Program-made: the position numbers and the translations under genes
Origin: Bacteroides sp. 51
GTDB taxonomy: Bacteria; Bacteroidota; Bacteroidia; Bacteroidales; Bacteroidaceae
Direction: 5' to 3'
DNA: 64,000 bases
NCBI RefSeq assembly: GCF_010500965.1
Contig: NZ_QVMI01000006.1
Location: forward strand, 31,976-95,975
The notes under the pieces: model-generated
What the model saw: the letters and a program-made list of their open reading frames with translations, nothing else
Database searches by the model: none
What the model was told of the DNA's origin: nothing
In this document: positions 8,737 to 18,393 of the stretch, piece after piece
Numbering within the stretch: position 1 is the stretch's first letter
Layout of the letters: each line of letters begins with the position of its first letter

Positions 8737-10035
8737 TTATCGGCCGCTACGTCCACTTTCGGAACTACGGCTGCTGTTGCGCTGTTGTTCTTCGCGTTGA
8801 CGCGTTTCGGTTTCCCGTCTTTCTCTTTCCTGACGTTCTTGTACTTCTCTTTGCCTGCGTGATTCTGCTTCTTGTCGTTCGCGTTGTTGGCGTTGCTGTT
8901 CTTCTTGTTGTCTACGGTTCTCGGCTTCCCGGCGTTCTTGCTCCTGGCGTTCTTGCGCTTCTCTTTGTCTGCGCGCTTCGGCTTCTTGCCGTTCGCGTTG
9001 CTGGCGGTCTTGTTCTTCGCGTTGTCTACGGTTTTCTGCTTCCCGGCGTTCTTGCTCCTGACGTTCTTGCGCTTCTCTTTGTCTGCGCGCTTCGGCTTCC
9101 TGTCGTTCGCGTTGCTGACGGTCTTGTTCTTCGCGTTGTCTGCGGTTTTCGGTATCTCTGCGCTCTTGTTCCTGACGTGCTTGCGCTTCTTTTTGTCTGC
9201 GCGCTTCGGCTTCCTGACGTTCGTTGTCTCTCGAATTGGTTTCTCTTTCAGATTCGCGTTCAATATTAATATTCTCCGGTTTAGTCACCGATTCGGGAAT
9301 GGGCCTGGACGGATTTCTTTCTCCTATTGGGCTGCTTGGCTTAGTTACGGACTCCGGCGTTGGTCTTTGAGGTGATCTGTCGCTATTCGATTGGTTGTCT
9401 TTGCCTCTGCCAGGACGTTCCGCCGGCGGTTGGGGTTTATGCTCATGGCCAGGTCGCTCGGGTTTTGGTTTGCCGGGTTTGTTTGGTTTATTCGGCCTGT
9501 TTGGCTTGTTGGGTTTTATGGGTTTATGGGGTTTGTTTACCCACCCCGGATGATGGGAGTATGAGTAATCCGGATAATAATAATCCATAAAGAGATAATC
9601 AGTAATATAATTTTCAGTAAAAATGGGGTAGTAATCATTATGGTATATGGGTGAACTGTTTTCTATATAATAACTTTCGTTATTGAGATAAGGATAGTTA
9701 TCTTCGGGTATATCATAATTGTCATCCGGATAGTCGCCTATCAGAATGCTTGGAGTTTCTTCATATACGGGGTTCGCAGATTCATGATCGGGTAATGGCG
9801 ATTGATCCTTGTTTGTGTTTTGTATATTATTACTTTTGTTGTGCGATACCGTTTCGCTTTTCTTACTGATACTTTCGCTGTTCACAGTAAGAGAATCTTC
9901 TGTTTCCTGAACGATTTCAGTATTGCTAACAGTGGGACTCGGGGTTTTCACACTTTCTCTTTCTACCGTGTTTCTGCAACTTAGTTGTAAAAACAATATG
10001 CATAGCATGCATGTGTATAAGTTTAGCCGTTTCAT
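8737..10035 (-). CDS. Lipoprotein with a PNK-rich linker and 39-aa E/R/Q-rich tandem repeats (predicted single alpha-helix region)
   Basis: Lipobox LQLSC. KPNKPNRPNKPNKPGKP linker. ERQEAEARRQREAQERQEQERREAENRRQREEQDRQQR is repeated about 3.3 times. Confidence 0.7.
   Translation of the reverse strand: MKRLNLYTCMLCILFLQLSCRNTVERESVKTPSPTVSNTEIVQETEDSLTVNSESISKKSETVSHNKSNNIQNTNKDQSPLPDHESANPVYEETPSILIGDYPDDNYDIPEDNYPYLNNESYYIENSSPIYHNDYYPIFTENYITDYLFMDYYYPDYSYSHHPGWVNKPHKPIKPNKPNRPNKPNKPGKPKPERPGHEHKPQPPAERPGRGKDNQSNSDRSPQRPTPESVTKPSSPIGERNPSRPIPESVTKPENINIERESERETNSRDNERQEAEARRQKEAQARQEQERRDTENRRQREEQDRQQRERQEAEARRQREAQERQEQERREAENRRQREEQDRQQRERQEAEARRQREAQERQEQERREAENRRQQEEQQRQQRERQEAESRRQREVQERQERERRETETRQREEQQRNSSRSSESGRSGR
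8830..9200. repeat. 117-nt tandem repeat array (about 3.2 copies) inside the lipoprotein CDS
   Basis: Near-identical 117-nt units are visible in the sequence. They produce the spurious overlapping ORFs on both strands. Confidence 0.8.
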
Positions 10036-10354
10036 AATGGTAATGGTAATTGATTAATTAAGGTTCGATTATCATGCTGGTATAAAATTATGAAAGGATA
10101 AATCTTCATAAAAGATGTTTTCTCTAATCTTTTTTAGGTTAAACCCTACAGGGAATAGGGAAAAATGAATCGGGATTGATTAACGAATAGAACAGGGGGA
10201 ATGCTGAAGAACTGGTTGCCGGCGAATCGGGCACTGTCTTAATGAGGTTCAGCCAGTAGTTCAATCTCCCCCGGGCATAGGCCGAATCTCCTTCAAGCGG
10301 TAGGGGAATGTCGTGCATGTAGTAGATCAATCTGATTTATCCGGTACATTGGCT

Positions 10355-10461
10355 AGATTGAGCCAGTGCATCAACCAGATTGAGCCAGTGCATGAGTTAG
10401 ATTGAGCCAGTGCGTCAGCCCTGCTCAGACACTGGGTGAGCATCGCTGAGCCAGTGCGTCA
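10355..10461. repeat. Three tandem 22-bp direct repeats plus a fourth partial copy, upstream of the radical-SAM gene
   Basis: AGATTGAGCCAGTGCATCAACC / AGATTGAGCCAGTGCATGAGTT / AGATTGAGCCAGTGCGTCAGCC, then ..TGAGCCAGTGCGTCA. Confidence 0.8.
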
Positions 10462-10538
10462 TTTCTTAGCGAATCTACTTCCCCGGGCCGAAGAAATAGA
10501 CTATATTTGTATTTCGCTTAATTATCGGTAATAAACGT

Positions 10539-11777
10539 ATGACAACATTTGCACCCTTTGCCAAACCATTATATGTAATGCTAAAACCGGTCAGTTCCAT
10601 TTGCAACCTGGCTTGTGAGTATTGCTATTATCTGGAAAAGAACAATTTATATAAGACGGACAATCCTGCGGATAAATTCATTATGAACGATGAATTGCTC
10701 GAACGCTTTGTGGATCAATACATCAATTCGCAAACCCAGCCGCAGGTACTCTTTACCTGGCATGGCGGAGAAACACTGATGCGTCCGCTGTCTTTCTACA
10801 AACGCGCACTAGAACTGCAAAAACGCTACGGCGGAGGAAGGCAGATTGACAACTGCATCCAAACCAATGGCACATTGCTCAACGACGAATGGTGTAAGTT
10901 TTTCAAGGAAAACAACTGGCTGGTTGGGGTGTCTATCGATGGTCCCCAGGAATTTCATGACGAATACCGGCGCAATAAACAGGGACTTCCTTCTTTTAAT
11001 AAAGTCATGCAAGGCATCAGGCTATTAAATAAACATGGTGTGGAGTGGAATGCAATGGCGGTGGTGAATGATTTTAATGCCGATTATCCATTAGATTTTT
11101 ATAATTTCTTTAAAGAAATAGGTTGCCACTACATACAGTTTTCGCCCATCGTAGAACGTATTTTGCCTCATAAAGACGGGCGCTATCTGGCTTCCCCCGT
11201 AGAAGGGGAGGACGGCAAACTGGCCGATTTTTCAATTACTCCCGAGCAATGGGGCAATTTCCTTTGCACCATTTTCGATGAATGGGTGAAGAAGGATGTG
11301 GGCAATTATTATATCCAACTTTTTGATTCTACTCTTGCCAACTGGATGGGCGAACAGCCCGGTGTCTGTACCTTAGCAAAAACATGCGGTCATGCCGGAG
11401 TAATGGAATATAACGGCGATGTATATGCCTGTGATCATTTTGTATTTCCCGAGTATAAACTGGGAAACATCTATTCCAAAACATTGGTCGAGATGATGTA
11501 CAGTCAGGAACAGCAAACATTCGGGGCAAACAAAGCAAACACATTGCCCACGCAATGCAAAGAATGTGAGTTCTTATTTGCCTGTAACGGCGAGTGCCCT
11601 AAGAATCGTTTTGCCAAAACCGTTACGGGCGAACCCGGATTAAACTATTTGTGCAAAGGATATTATCAATTCTTTAAACATGCGGCCCCTTACATGGATT
11701 TTATGAAGAATGAACTCATGCACCAACGCCCTCCTGCCAATGTTATGGCATGCAGCGAGGGGTTGCGATTGGATTAG
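10539..11777 (+). CDS. Anaerobic sulfatase-maturating enzyme (radical SAM with SPASM domain)
   Basis: CxxxCxxC cluster CNLACEYC near the N-terminus. C-terminal Cys-rich SPASM region (CTLAKTCGHAG ... CKECEFLFACNGECPKN). Strong overall anSME-like architecture. Confidence 0.85.
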   Translation: MTTFAPFAKPLYVMLKPVSSICNLACEYCYYLEKNNLYKTDNPADKFIMNDELLERFVDQYINSQTQPQVLFTWHGGETLMRPLSFYKRALELQKRYGGGRQIDNCIQTNGTLLNDEWCKFFKENNWLVGVSIDGPQEFHDEYRRNKQGLPSFNKVMQGIRLLNKHGVEWNAMAVVNDFNADYPLDFYNFFKEIGCHYIQFSPIVERILPHKDGRYLASPVEGEDGKLADFSITPEQWGNFLCTIFDEWVKKDVGNYYIQLFDSTLANWMGEQPGVCTLAKTCGHAGVMEYNGDVYACDHFVFPEYKLGNIYSKTLVEMMYSQEQQTFGANKANTLPTQCKECEFLFACNGECPKNRFAKTVTGEPGLNYLCKGYYQFFKHAAPYMDFMKNELMHQRPPANVMACSEGLRLD

Positions 11778-11787
11778 ATGTTTTAGC

Positions 11788-12645
11788 TTATTCTATTTCT
11801 TCTACCTGTTTATTCTCATTTTCGGGTAGCAGATAATCTTTAGCTTTTGCAGACGAAATAATAGATCGTCCAAGCTGTGATTCAAGTTGTTGTCTTGCTG
11901 CTTTTGCTACACTACCTCCACTTTTGGCTATGATTGCGCTCTGGTTAAAACCTTTGGGATTCTTTGTTTTTGATATTTCAGTAGTAGAAGCTTCGGCAAG
12001 AGTATTCAAAGCAAGTTCAATGTTAGTCATGTTATCACGTAGGTTCTCTTTTTTTAATCCTTTTAAATTCTTGTATTCTTTGGTGGTACGTCCGCTCCAC
12101 TCTTTGGTTATTATATCAGTCAATGAAGCATATCGTATGCCATCTATACTGCTACGTTTCCATTCATCTGTTAATTCTTTACGCACTTCAATACTTTTGA
12201 TGCGCTGGTTTATCCAATTGTCAGAATATCCAAGCCGTTTATAGTCCATTATAGCTTGATCTATGGAGAGTTCCGGATCTTGCATTTGATCTATGCGTTC
12301 ACTGGCTACTTTTGACATCCACTGTTTAAAAGGTTCTGCTTTTGGTGACGGGATAGATTGGATCAATCGGAAAAGTTGCTTTGTATCGGCTACGTCAGTC
12401 ATCCTCATTTTGCCATCAGCAGCTTGCATTTTCAACTGGTTACAATTTGTAACCGTTTCATTTCCTTCTTTTATAAGCCTGTTTTTCAGTACTTTCCAGT
12501 AATTACGTGCTGTTTGATAATCTTTACTATCTGTCAATACAGCAATAACATCTACAACGGAGAAGTACCATTTCTCTTGTTGATCATCCCAAACTGTACG
12601 TATTTTCTTATCTTCAAACAGTTTTAAAGATTCTTTCTTTGTCAT
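11788..12645 (-). CDS. DinD-like DNA-damage-inducible protein with N-terminal Bro-N domain
   Basis: N-terminus KIRTVWDDQQEKWYFSVVDVIAVL is Bro-N-like. C-terminus NLKGLKKENLRDNMTNIELALNTLAEASTTE resembles E. coli DinD. Confidence 0.6.
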   Translation of the reverse strand: MTKKESLKLFEDKKIRTVWDDQQEKWYFSVVDVIAVLTDSKDYQTARNYWKVLKNRLIKEGNETVTNCNQLKMQAADGKMRMTDVADTKQLFRLIQSIPSPKAEPFKQWMSKVASERIDQMQDPELSIDQAIMDYKRLGYSDNWINQRIKSIEVRKELTDEWKRSSIDGIRYASLTDIITKEWSGRTTKEYKNLKGLKKENLRDNMTNIELALNTLAEASTTEISKTKNPKGFNQSAIIAKSGGSVAKAARQQLESQLGRSIISSAKAKDYLLPENENKQVEEIE

Positions 12646-12703
12646 GGTTATTTGTGCTTTAGTCGTTTTTGGATATTGACTTGGTGCGAATGTATCATTA
12701 AAC

Positions 12704-13666
12704 TCAGATGTTCAGTCCAAGACTGTTTCCTGTGTTTCCAAGGTTTTGGAACTGTCCGCTCAGGTTCTCGTTATCTTTCGGGTTAAGTTGAAGAGACTGT
12801 TTCATATCCTCCACCGAACCGTCTTTATCACCGTTCAACAGCTTAGCCCTTCCACGCTCGTGATAAGCCGGTGCCGAATTTGGATTGAGTTCTATGGCTT
12901 CGTCGAATAACTCTATGGCCTCGGCTAATTTCTTTTGAGTAATATAAAGTTGTCCGAGTTGTATATATGCCTGCTCATTGAACGGGTTAAGCTCGGTAAT
13001 CTGTTTGAAATCATTTTCCGCACCTTCTTCATCTCCTGTGGCTTGCTTAAGTTTTCCACGTAAAAGAAGTGCAGCTTCTTCTTCGGAACTCAGTTCAAGA
13101 ACGGCATCTATATCCTTTTGCGCTTCCTGGTGTTGTTGCATTTGCAGCAAGACTTCCGCACGCATAAGAAGGGCATCCATATAATCTGCTTTCAGGTTGA
13201 TTGCTTTCGTTAACTGTGCAATAACCATAATATCTTCCTGCAAGCCCTGGTGGGCTTTGGCTAGTAGATAGTATGCCGATGGATTTTCACTTTCAAGTTC
13301 TATCGCTTTTTGTGCCGCCTTTGCCATATCGCCATAAGACTCCTGTATATAACATACATTGGCCATCGTGAGATATGTATTGGTGAGTTCCGGTTCCAGT
13401 TCAATCATACGGGTTAAGATCTGCTTTGCCTGATCCAGTTCGTTTGTTTGAATATAAATCTGACTCAGGTAACCCATGGTTTCAAAGTCTTCTTCAATTT
13501 CGAGTGCACTGATGAAGCATTTTGTGGCATAATCTATTCGTCCCATGCGTTGGGCACGTAAGCCATCAAACTTAAACATCTCAAAGTTTTTCTGATTATT
13601 CTTGTTTTGCCCGTTTTCGGCATTCTCTTCTTTAGTCTTAAAAAGGGATTTAAAAAAGTTGGCCAT
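12704..13666 (-). CDS. Tetratricopeptide-repeat (TPR) protein
   Basis: Multiple 34-aa TPR-like helices (AYYLLAKAH.., AYIQLGQLY.., AYHERGRAKLL). Confidence 0.7.
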   Translation of the reverse strand: MANFFKSLFKTKEENAENGQNKNNQKNFEMFKFDGLRAQRMGRIDYATKCFISALEIEEDFETMGYLSQIYIQTNELDQAKQILTRMIELEPELTNTYLTMANVCYIQESYGDMAKAAQKAIELESENPSAYYLLAKAHQGLQEDIMVIAQLTKAINLKADYMDALLMRAEVLLQMQQHQEAQKDIDAVLELSSEEEAALLLRGKLKQATGDEEGAENDFKQITELNPFNEQAYIQLGQLYITQKKLAEAIELFDEAIELNPNSAPAYHERGRAKLLNGDKDGSVEDMKQSLQLNPKDNENLSGQFQNLGNTGNSLGLNI

Positions 13667-13706
13667 TTCTATTTGTTTTTTAATTTGATTGCAAACTTAG
13701 TTTATT

Positions 13707-13836
13707 AAATTGAGAATTGAAAATTGAGAATTGAAAATTGAGAATTAAGAATTAACCTTGCAGATATAAGTAGTACAGATAATAAGGCTTCCGACCGGTA
13801 TCATAATTCTCCATCCTCAATTCTCCATTCTCAATT
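13707..13836. repeat. Long imperfect inverted repeat with internal 15-nt subrepeats (AATTGAGAATTGAAA); the right arm overlaps the recQ 3' end
   Basis: AATTGAGAATTGAAAATTGAGAATTGAAAATTGAGAATTAAGAATT ... AATTCTCCATCCTCAATTCTCCATTCTCAATT. Confidence 0.7.
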
Positions 13837-15727
13837 TAATAACTCCATTTTGATTCATAAGTTCGCCCTCATCCAGTAAGAATTGCAGGGCACGAGCCAG
13901 TTGTTCACTATCAGTTCCTAACCTGCTAGCTATCTCGGCAGGGGTCATGGACTCATTTTGCAGTACCTGTATGACCTCTTTCCGTATCATTTCAAACTGT
14001 TTGTCGGATAAACCTCTGCTGACGCTTTGTTTTAAGCAAACATCGCATTGTCCACAGTTATGTTCATTCTTCTCTCCGAAATAATGCAATAACATCCGGC
14101 TGCGGCATCTCGTTTCGGATGTGGCATATTCTACCATAGCCTTGATACGTCGCTCGTAGCGCTCTTTTCTATCTTCGTAAACAGTGGGGGTAATTTTCAG
14201 ATGACGAAGTTCGACACGTTCCCGGGTATAAATAAGGAAGCGCGTTTTCTTATGGGGAATATAATCTATAATCCTCCGTTTAGACAGCATTTTCAGCAAA
14301 TCATATACCTGCTGCCGAGGTAGTCCTGTACGTATAGACAGACTTTCTTCGTTGATATAAGCATAGTCGGTAAATATTCCGGTATATAGACGCAACAGGG
14401 TTTGAACTAGCGCATCTGCTTCTTTACCCATTTCTCCGAGCCGGTACAGTTCCTCCCTGCGCAACGTAAAAAGAATGCGTGAAGTATTGTCTTGCTCATC
14501 CGTATACTCAATATATCCCGCCTGAGTTAATATCTTCAGGGCACTATCGGCAGGGGTGGGGAAGTATTTGAACTTCCAGCAGAAGTCTTCCAGGCTAAAA
14601 TCATAGGTACACCCTAATCCATCGCCCATCGCCATCTGATAATAATAACTCAAATGCTCGTATAAATTCTTGATGTACTCTTTATCGGGGAAGGTATCGA
14701 CGATTCGTTTGTGCAACTGTGCTTTATCCGATGATGAATGTAATAGAACAGCATAAGCTTTCTCCCCATCTCTCCCCGCCCGCCCGGCTTCCTGGAAATA
14801 GGCTTCCGGAGAATCCGGGAGATCCATATGAACCACTACCCGCACGTCGGGTTTGTCGATTCCCATTCCGAAAGCATTGGTGGCTACAATGATGCGCGAT
14901 TCATCGTTCTGCCAGCGTTTCTGCCGGATGTCTTTGACATCGTTGTTTAGTCCGGCATGATAGAAATCGGCTGTGAATCCCTCGCCAAGCAGAAGTTCGG
15001 TTATTTCTTTCGTTTTTCTACGATTACGTACATAAACAATAGCGCTCCCGGATACTTTCCGCAGAATATTCAGCAATTCCCTGTTTTTATCATCCGTTTT
15101 GCGTACAACATAGGCCAGGTTTTTCCGCTCAAAGCTCATCCGGAAGACATTTTCTTCCTTAAAGCCAAGCCTTTCCTGAATATCTTTCACCACTTCCGGT
15201 GTTGCTGTGGCTGTTAGTGCAAGTACAGGTACGCCAGGCAATAGTTTTCTGATCTCCGCAATTTTCAGGTATGCCGGACGGAAGTCGTAGCCCCATTGTG
15301 AAATACAATGGCTCTCGTCGACTGTGATCATGTTGATATTCATGGAACGTAGCTTGGCGCGGAATATTTCGGTATCCAGACGCTCGGGCGAGATGTAGAG
15401 GAATTTGTAGTTGCCAAAGATACAGTTCTCCAGCGCAATAATGATTTCCTGGCGGGTCATCCCTGAGTATACGGCAATGGCTTTTATTCCTCGTTTTTTG
15501 AGGTTCTGCACCTGATCCTTCATCAGGGCGATGAGTGGAGTTACTACCAGGCATAATCCTTCTTTGGCTAATGCCGGAACCTGAAAGGTGATGGACTTTC
15601 CACCACCGGTAGGCATTAGCCCAAGGGTATCTTTACCTTCTCCGATACTCCGGATGATATCTTCCTGCAAATCCCGGAAGGCATCGTAACCCCAGTATTG
15701 TTTGAGTATATCTTTGTAGTCTACCAT
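13817..15727 (-). CDS. recQ: ATP-dependent DNA helicase RecQ
   Basis: Helicase motifs (LMPTGGGKS, DESH box VDESHCISQWGYDFRPAY), a C-terminal Zn-binding CGQCDVC motif and an HRDC-like tail. Confidence 0.9.
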   Translation of the reverse strand: MVDYKDILKQYWGYDAFRDLQEDIIRSIGEGKDTLGLMPTGGGKSITFQVPALAKEGLCLVVTPLIALMKDQVQNLKKRGIKAIAVYSGMTRQEIIIALENCIFGNYKFLYISPERLDTEIFRAKLRSMNINMITVDESHCISQWGYDFRPAYLKIAEIRKLLPGVPVLALTATATPEVVKDIQERLGFKEENVFRMSFERKNLAYVVRKTDDKNRELLNILRKVSGSAIVYVRNRRKTKEITELLLGEGFTADFYHAGLNNDVKDIRQKRWQNDESRIIVATNAFGMGIDKPDVRVVVHMDLPDSPEAYFQEAGRAGRDGEKAYAVLLHSSSDKAQLHKRIVDTFPDKEYIKNLYEHLSYYYQMAMGDGLGCTYDFSLEDFCWKFKYFPTPADSALKILTQAGYIEYTDEQDNTSRILFTLRREELYRLGEMGKEADALVQTLLRLYTGIFTDYAYINEESLSIRTGLPRQQVYDLLKMLSKRRIIDYIPHKKTRFLIYTRERVELRHLKITPTVYEDRKERYERRIKAMVEYATSETRCRSRMLLHYFGEKNEHNCGQCDVCLKQSVSRGLSDKQFEMIRKEVIQVLQNESMTPAEIASRLGTDSEQLARALQFLLDEGELMNQNGVIKLRMEN

Positions 15728-15737
15728 TTTACAGGTT

Positions 15738-15853
15738 ATTTCACCACAGAGTTACACAGAGTTTCGCAGAGCTTATATTTTAAAAGTTTAATTCAAAATA
15801 AACAGCAGTATCTTGCTGCCTCTGTGAAACCCTGTGTAACTCTGTGGTGAAAT
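15738..15853. repeat. Inverted repeat with 34-bp arms (2 mismatches, 48-nt loop) between recJ and recQ
   Basis: ATTTCACCACAGAGTTACACAGAGTTTCGCAGAG ... CTCTGTGAAACCCTGTGTAACTCTGTGGTGAAAT. Shares the AGTTTCGCAGA(G) core with the element at 3909-3989. Confidence 0.8.
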
Positions 15854-15854
15854 C

Positions 15855-17630
15855 TTATTCAACTGAACTTTCCTCTGTCGGTTTAATATCCTCAATTTGT
15901 AGTTGCACCTCTCCACGTTTGTGGCTGTTCTCTTCGATCGTATAACAGATGTCGAAGGAACGTTTGGTTTTAATATAGCGTACATGCGAACTCTGACCGA
16001 AAGCAATACCGTTCATCACGTTGTTTGACTTATTGTCAACCAGTTCCAGTTTGATGTGTTCCTGGTCGCGGCCTACCACTTTACTTGTTCCGTAGTCATA
16101 TACGTGGTGTGTACAGAATATTGGCTTTTTGTTGTCCGGTCCGAAAGGGTTGAACTTTTTAAGGTCGCTATGGAATTTGGACGTGATGTCCTTAAAATCA
16201 ATAACTGCATCTATATCAATAACGGCGCTTGTTTGTTCCGGTAAGATGTGCTCTGTTACATATTCCTCGAAGCGGCGGGTGAATTCCGGTACATTCTCTA
16301 CTTTCATAGATAGTCCGGCAGCGTATGTATGCCCCCCGAAGTTTTCCAACAGGTCGCGGCTGCTTTCTATTGCTTTATATACATCAAATCCGGAAACTGA
16401 ACGCGCTGATCCTGTTGCCATATCATCTGTGCGGGTCAGCACAACGGCCGGCCGGTAGTAAACCTCAGTTAGCCTTGATGCCACGATTCCGATAACGCCT
16501 TTGTGCCAGTTTTCGTTGTACAGTACAATGGAGCGACGTTCGGCTAACCCTTGTAGTTGAGATACAATCTGATTGGCTTCCTCGGTCATCTGTTTATCCA
16601 GATCCTTGCGCGTTTCGTTGTACTGGTTGATTTGATTAGCCTTTTCCAATGCCAATGAAAAATCCTTCTCGGTAAGTAGGTCAACAGCTTCTTTCCCGTT
16701 CTGTATACGTCCCGAAGCATTTATTCTGGGGCCTATTTTGAATACGATATCGCTGACAGTGATATCTTTATCTGTTAATCCGCAAATGTCAATAATAGCT
16801 TTCAGCCCGACACTCGGATTGCTGTTTAATTGTTTCAGACCGTGGTGCGTCAGTATACGGTTCTCTCCCATAATGGGTACGATGTCCGAAGCTACACTCA
16901 CGGCTACAAGATCCAACAGCGGGATCAGGTTATGGAACTCTATACCATTGTTCATGGCAAATGCCTGCATGAACTTAAATCCCACTCCACAACCCGACAA
17001 GTGGACATAGGGATATGTGTTGTCCGGTCGTTTGGGGTTCAGTATAGCCACGGCCGGCGGCATAATGTCGTCGGGCACATGGTGGTCGCAAATAATAAAA
17101 TCAATTCCTTTTTCTTTAGCATAAGTGATCTCTTCGATGGCTTTTATACCACAGTCGAGCACAATGATGAGTCCGACTCCTGTTTCTACAGCATAGTCAA
17201 TACCTTTGATAGACACTCCGTAACCCTCTTCATACCGGTTAGGAATGTAATAGTCGATGTTCGAATAGTACTGTTGCAGAAATTTGTAAACCAATGCCAC
17301 CGATGTGGTTCCGTCTACGTCGTAATCTCCATAAATCAAGATACGCTCTTTCTTCCCCATTGCTCTGTTCAGGCGTTCTACTGCCACGTCCATATCTTCC
17401 ATCAGAAATGGGTCGTGCAGATCGGGTAGTTGCGGGCGAAAAAACTTCTTGGCAGCCGTTGGATTTGTAATTCCTCTCATTACCAAAAGCTTACCAAGGA
17501 TAGGGCTAATGCCTATTGTTTGCGCCAATCCCCGGCTTATATCCTCCTGTTCTTGTGTAATAGGTTGATAATTCCATTTGTTATTCATTATATATTGTTT
17601 TTTTCTTTTCTTCGTCTCAGAGGGTTGCAA
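15855..17630 (-). CDS. recJ: Single-stranded-DNA-specific exonuclease RecJ
   Basis: DHH family motifs (GDYDVDGTTS, ICDHHVPDD) and a DHHA1 region. The true start is probably the internal MNNKWNYQ (about 17588). Confidence 0.85.
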   Translation of the reverse strand: MQPSETKKRKKQYIMNNKWNYQPITQEQEDISRGLAQTIGISPILGKLLVMRGITNPTAAKKFFRPQLPDLHDPFLMEDMDVAVERLNRAMGKKERILIYGDYDVDGTTSVALVYKFLQQYYSNIDYYIPNRYEEGYGVSIKGIDYAVETGVGLIIVLDCGIKAIEEITYAKEKGIDFIICDHHVPDDIMPPAVAILNPKRPDNTYPYVHLSGCGVGFKFMQAFAMNNGIEFHNLIPLLDLVAVSVASDIVPIMGENRILTHHGLKQLNSNPSVGLKAIIDICGLTDKDITVSDIVFKIGPRINASGRIQNGKEAVDLLTEKDFSLALEKANQINQYNETRKDLDKQMTEEANQIVSQLQGLAERRSIVLYNENWHKGVIGIVASRLTEVYYRPAVVLTRTDDMATGSARSVSGFDVYKAIESSRDLLENFGGHTYAAGLSMKVENVPEFTRRFEEYVTEHILPEQTSAVIDIDAVIDFKDITSKFHSDLKKFNPFGPDNKKPIFCTHHVYDYGTSKVVGRDQEHIKLELVDNKSNNVMNGIAFGQSSHVRYIKTKRSFDICYTIEENSHKRGEVQLQIEDIKPTEESSVE

Positions 17631-17777
17631 GAGCGCACTCCTACAACTAAGTTGTAAAAGTACGAAAAAAGCCGGAAGTGTACGGTAAGTATATGCTAAA
17701 ATTTACTTATATTATATAGAAACACGGATTAAAGTAGATTAGTGCTGCATAGAGACCTGGAACCGGCACCTTGCCGG

Positions 17778-18206
17778 TCACCGCCTTAGATCTCTGCGTT
17801 CAAAAGCGCAGATGGCTTCTTTCCAATCTTCGGGTATTTCTTTGGAGTCGTGCGCTTCAAGATCGAAAGCAACCATAATAGATTTGGCGAGACACTTCAC
17901 TTCCTGGGTTTTGGTGTCTATCACCTGTTGCACGATAGTCAGGCTTTTGTTGCCGATTTCCACAACTGCTGTTTGTATGGCTACATTGCTTGCGGCAGTA
18001 ATCTGTGAAATGAAGTTAGCTTCGATGTGTACTACTACCATTCCATCTTTTTCCCAATCTACTCCGGGGTAAACAGATGCAAAGTATTCTGTTTTGCCCA
18101 GATCGTAGTAAGTGAAATAAACTGTGTTATTTACATGTCCAAACTTATCTACATCATTGAATCTAAGTTGTATGGGTAGGGTATGGTGAAATTTTATATC
18201 TTCCAT
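17778..18206 (-). CDS. Acyl-CoA thioesterase, hotdog (4HBT/YbgC-like) fold
   Basis: Size (142 aa) and pattern (FNDVDKFGHVNNTVYFTYYDLG) typical of the 4HBT family. Confidence 0.55.
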   Translation of the reverse strand: MEDIKFHHTLPIQLRFNDVDKFGHVNNTVYFTYYDLGKTEYFASVYPGVDWEKDGMVVVHIEANFISQITAASNVAIQTAVVEIGNKSLTIVQQVIDTKTQEVKCLAKSIMVAFDLEAHDSKEIPEDWKEAICAFERRDLRR

Positions 18207-18393
18207 TATAGTGTATTCGGGTTATATTTAAAATGATTTCCGAACAAAAATAGTTCTTTACGCCCGTCCGACCAAATATCATCTTTGATTCTTTTGGTTG
18301 CGGAAACCTTTTGTGTATTTTTGCAGTTTGTACGTATTAGAACCTGTTTAAATTTCCTGTGGAAAATTCAAACAGGCTCTTAGTTAGTCGATT

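Noticed and set aside
8721-9375. ORFs 8721-9263(-), 8724-9269(+) and 8872-9375(+)
   Set aside because: They are artefacts of the 117-nt tandem repeats inside the lipoprotein gene. Their translations are repeat-derived.
10355-10461. Considered a CRISPR array (regular direct repeats)
   Set aside because: The repeats abut each other with only 5-8 variable bases and no 25-40-nt unique spacers. There are only 3-4 units and no cas genes nearby. The same reasoning applies to the arrays at 22254 and 41799.
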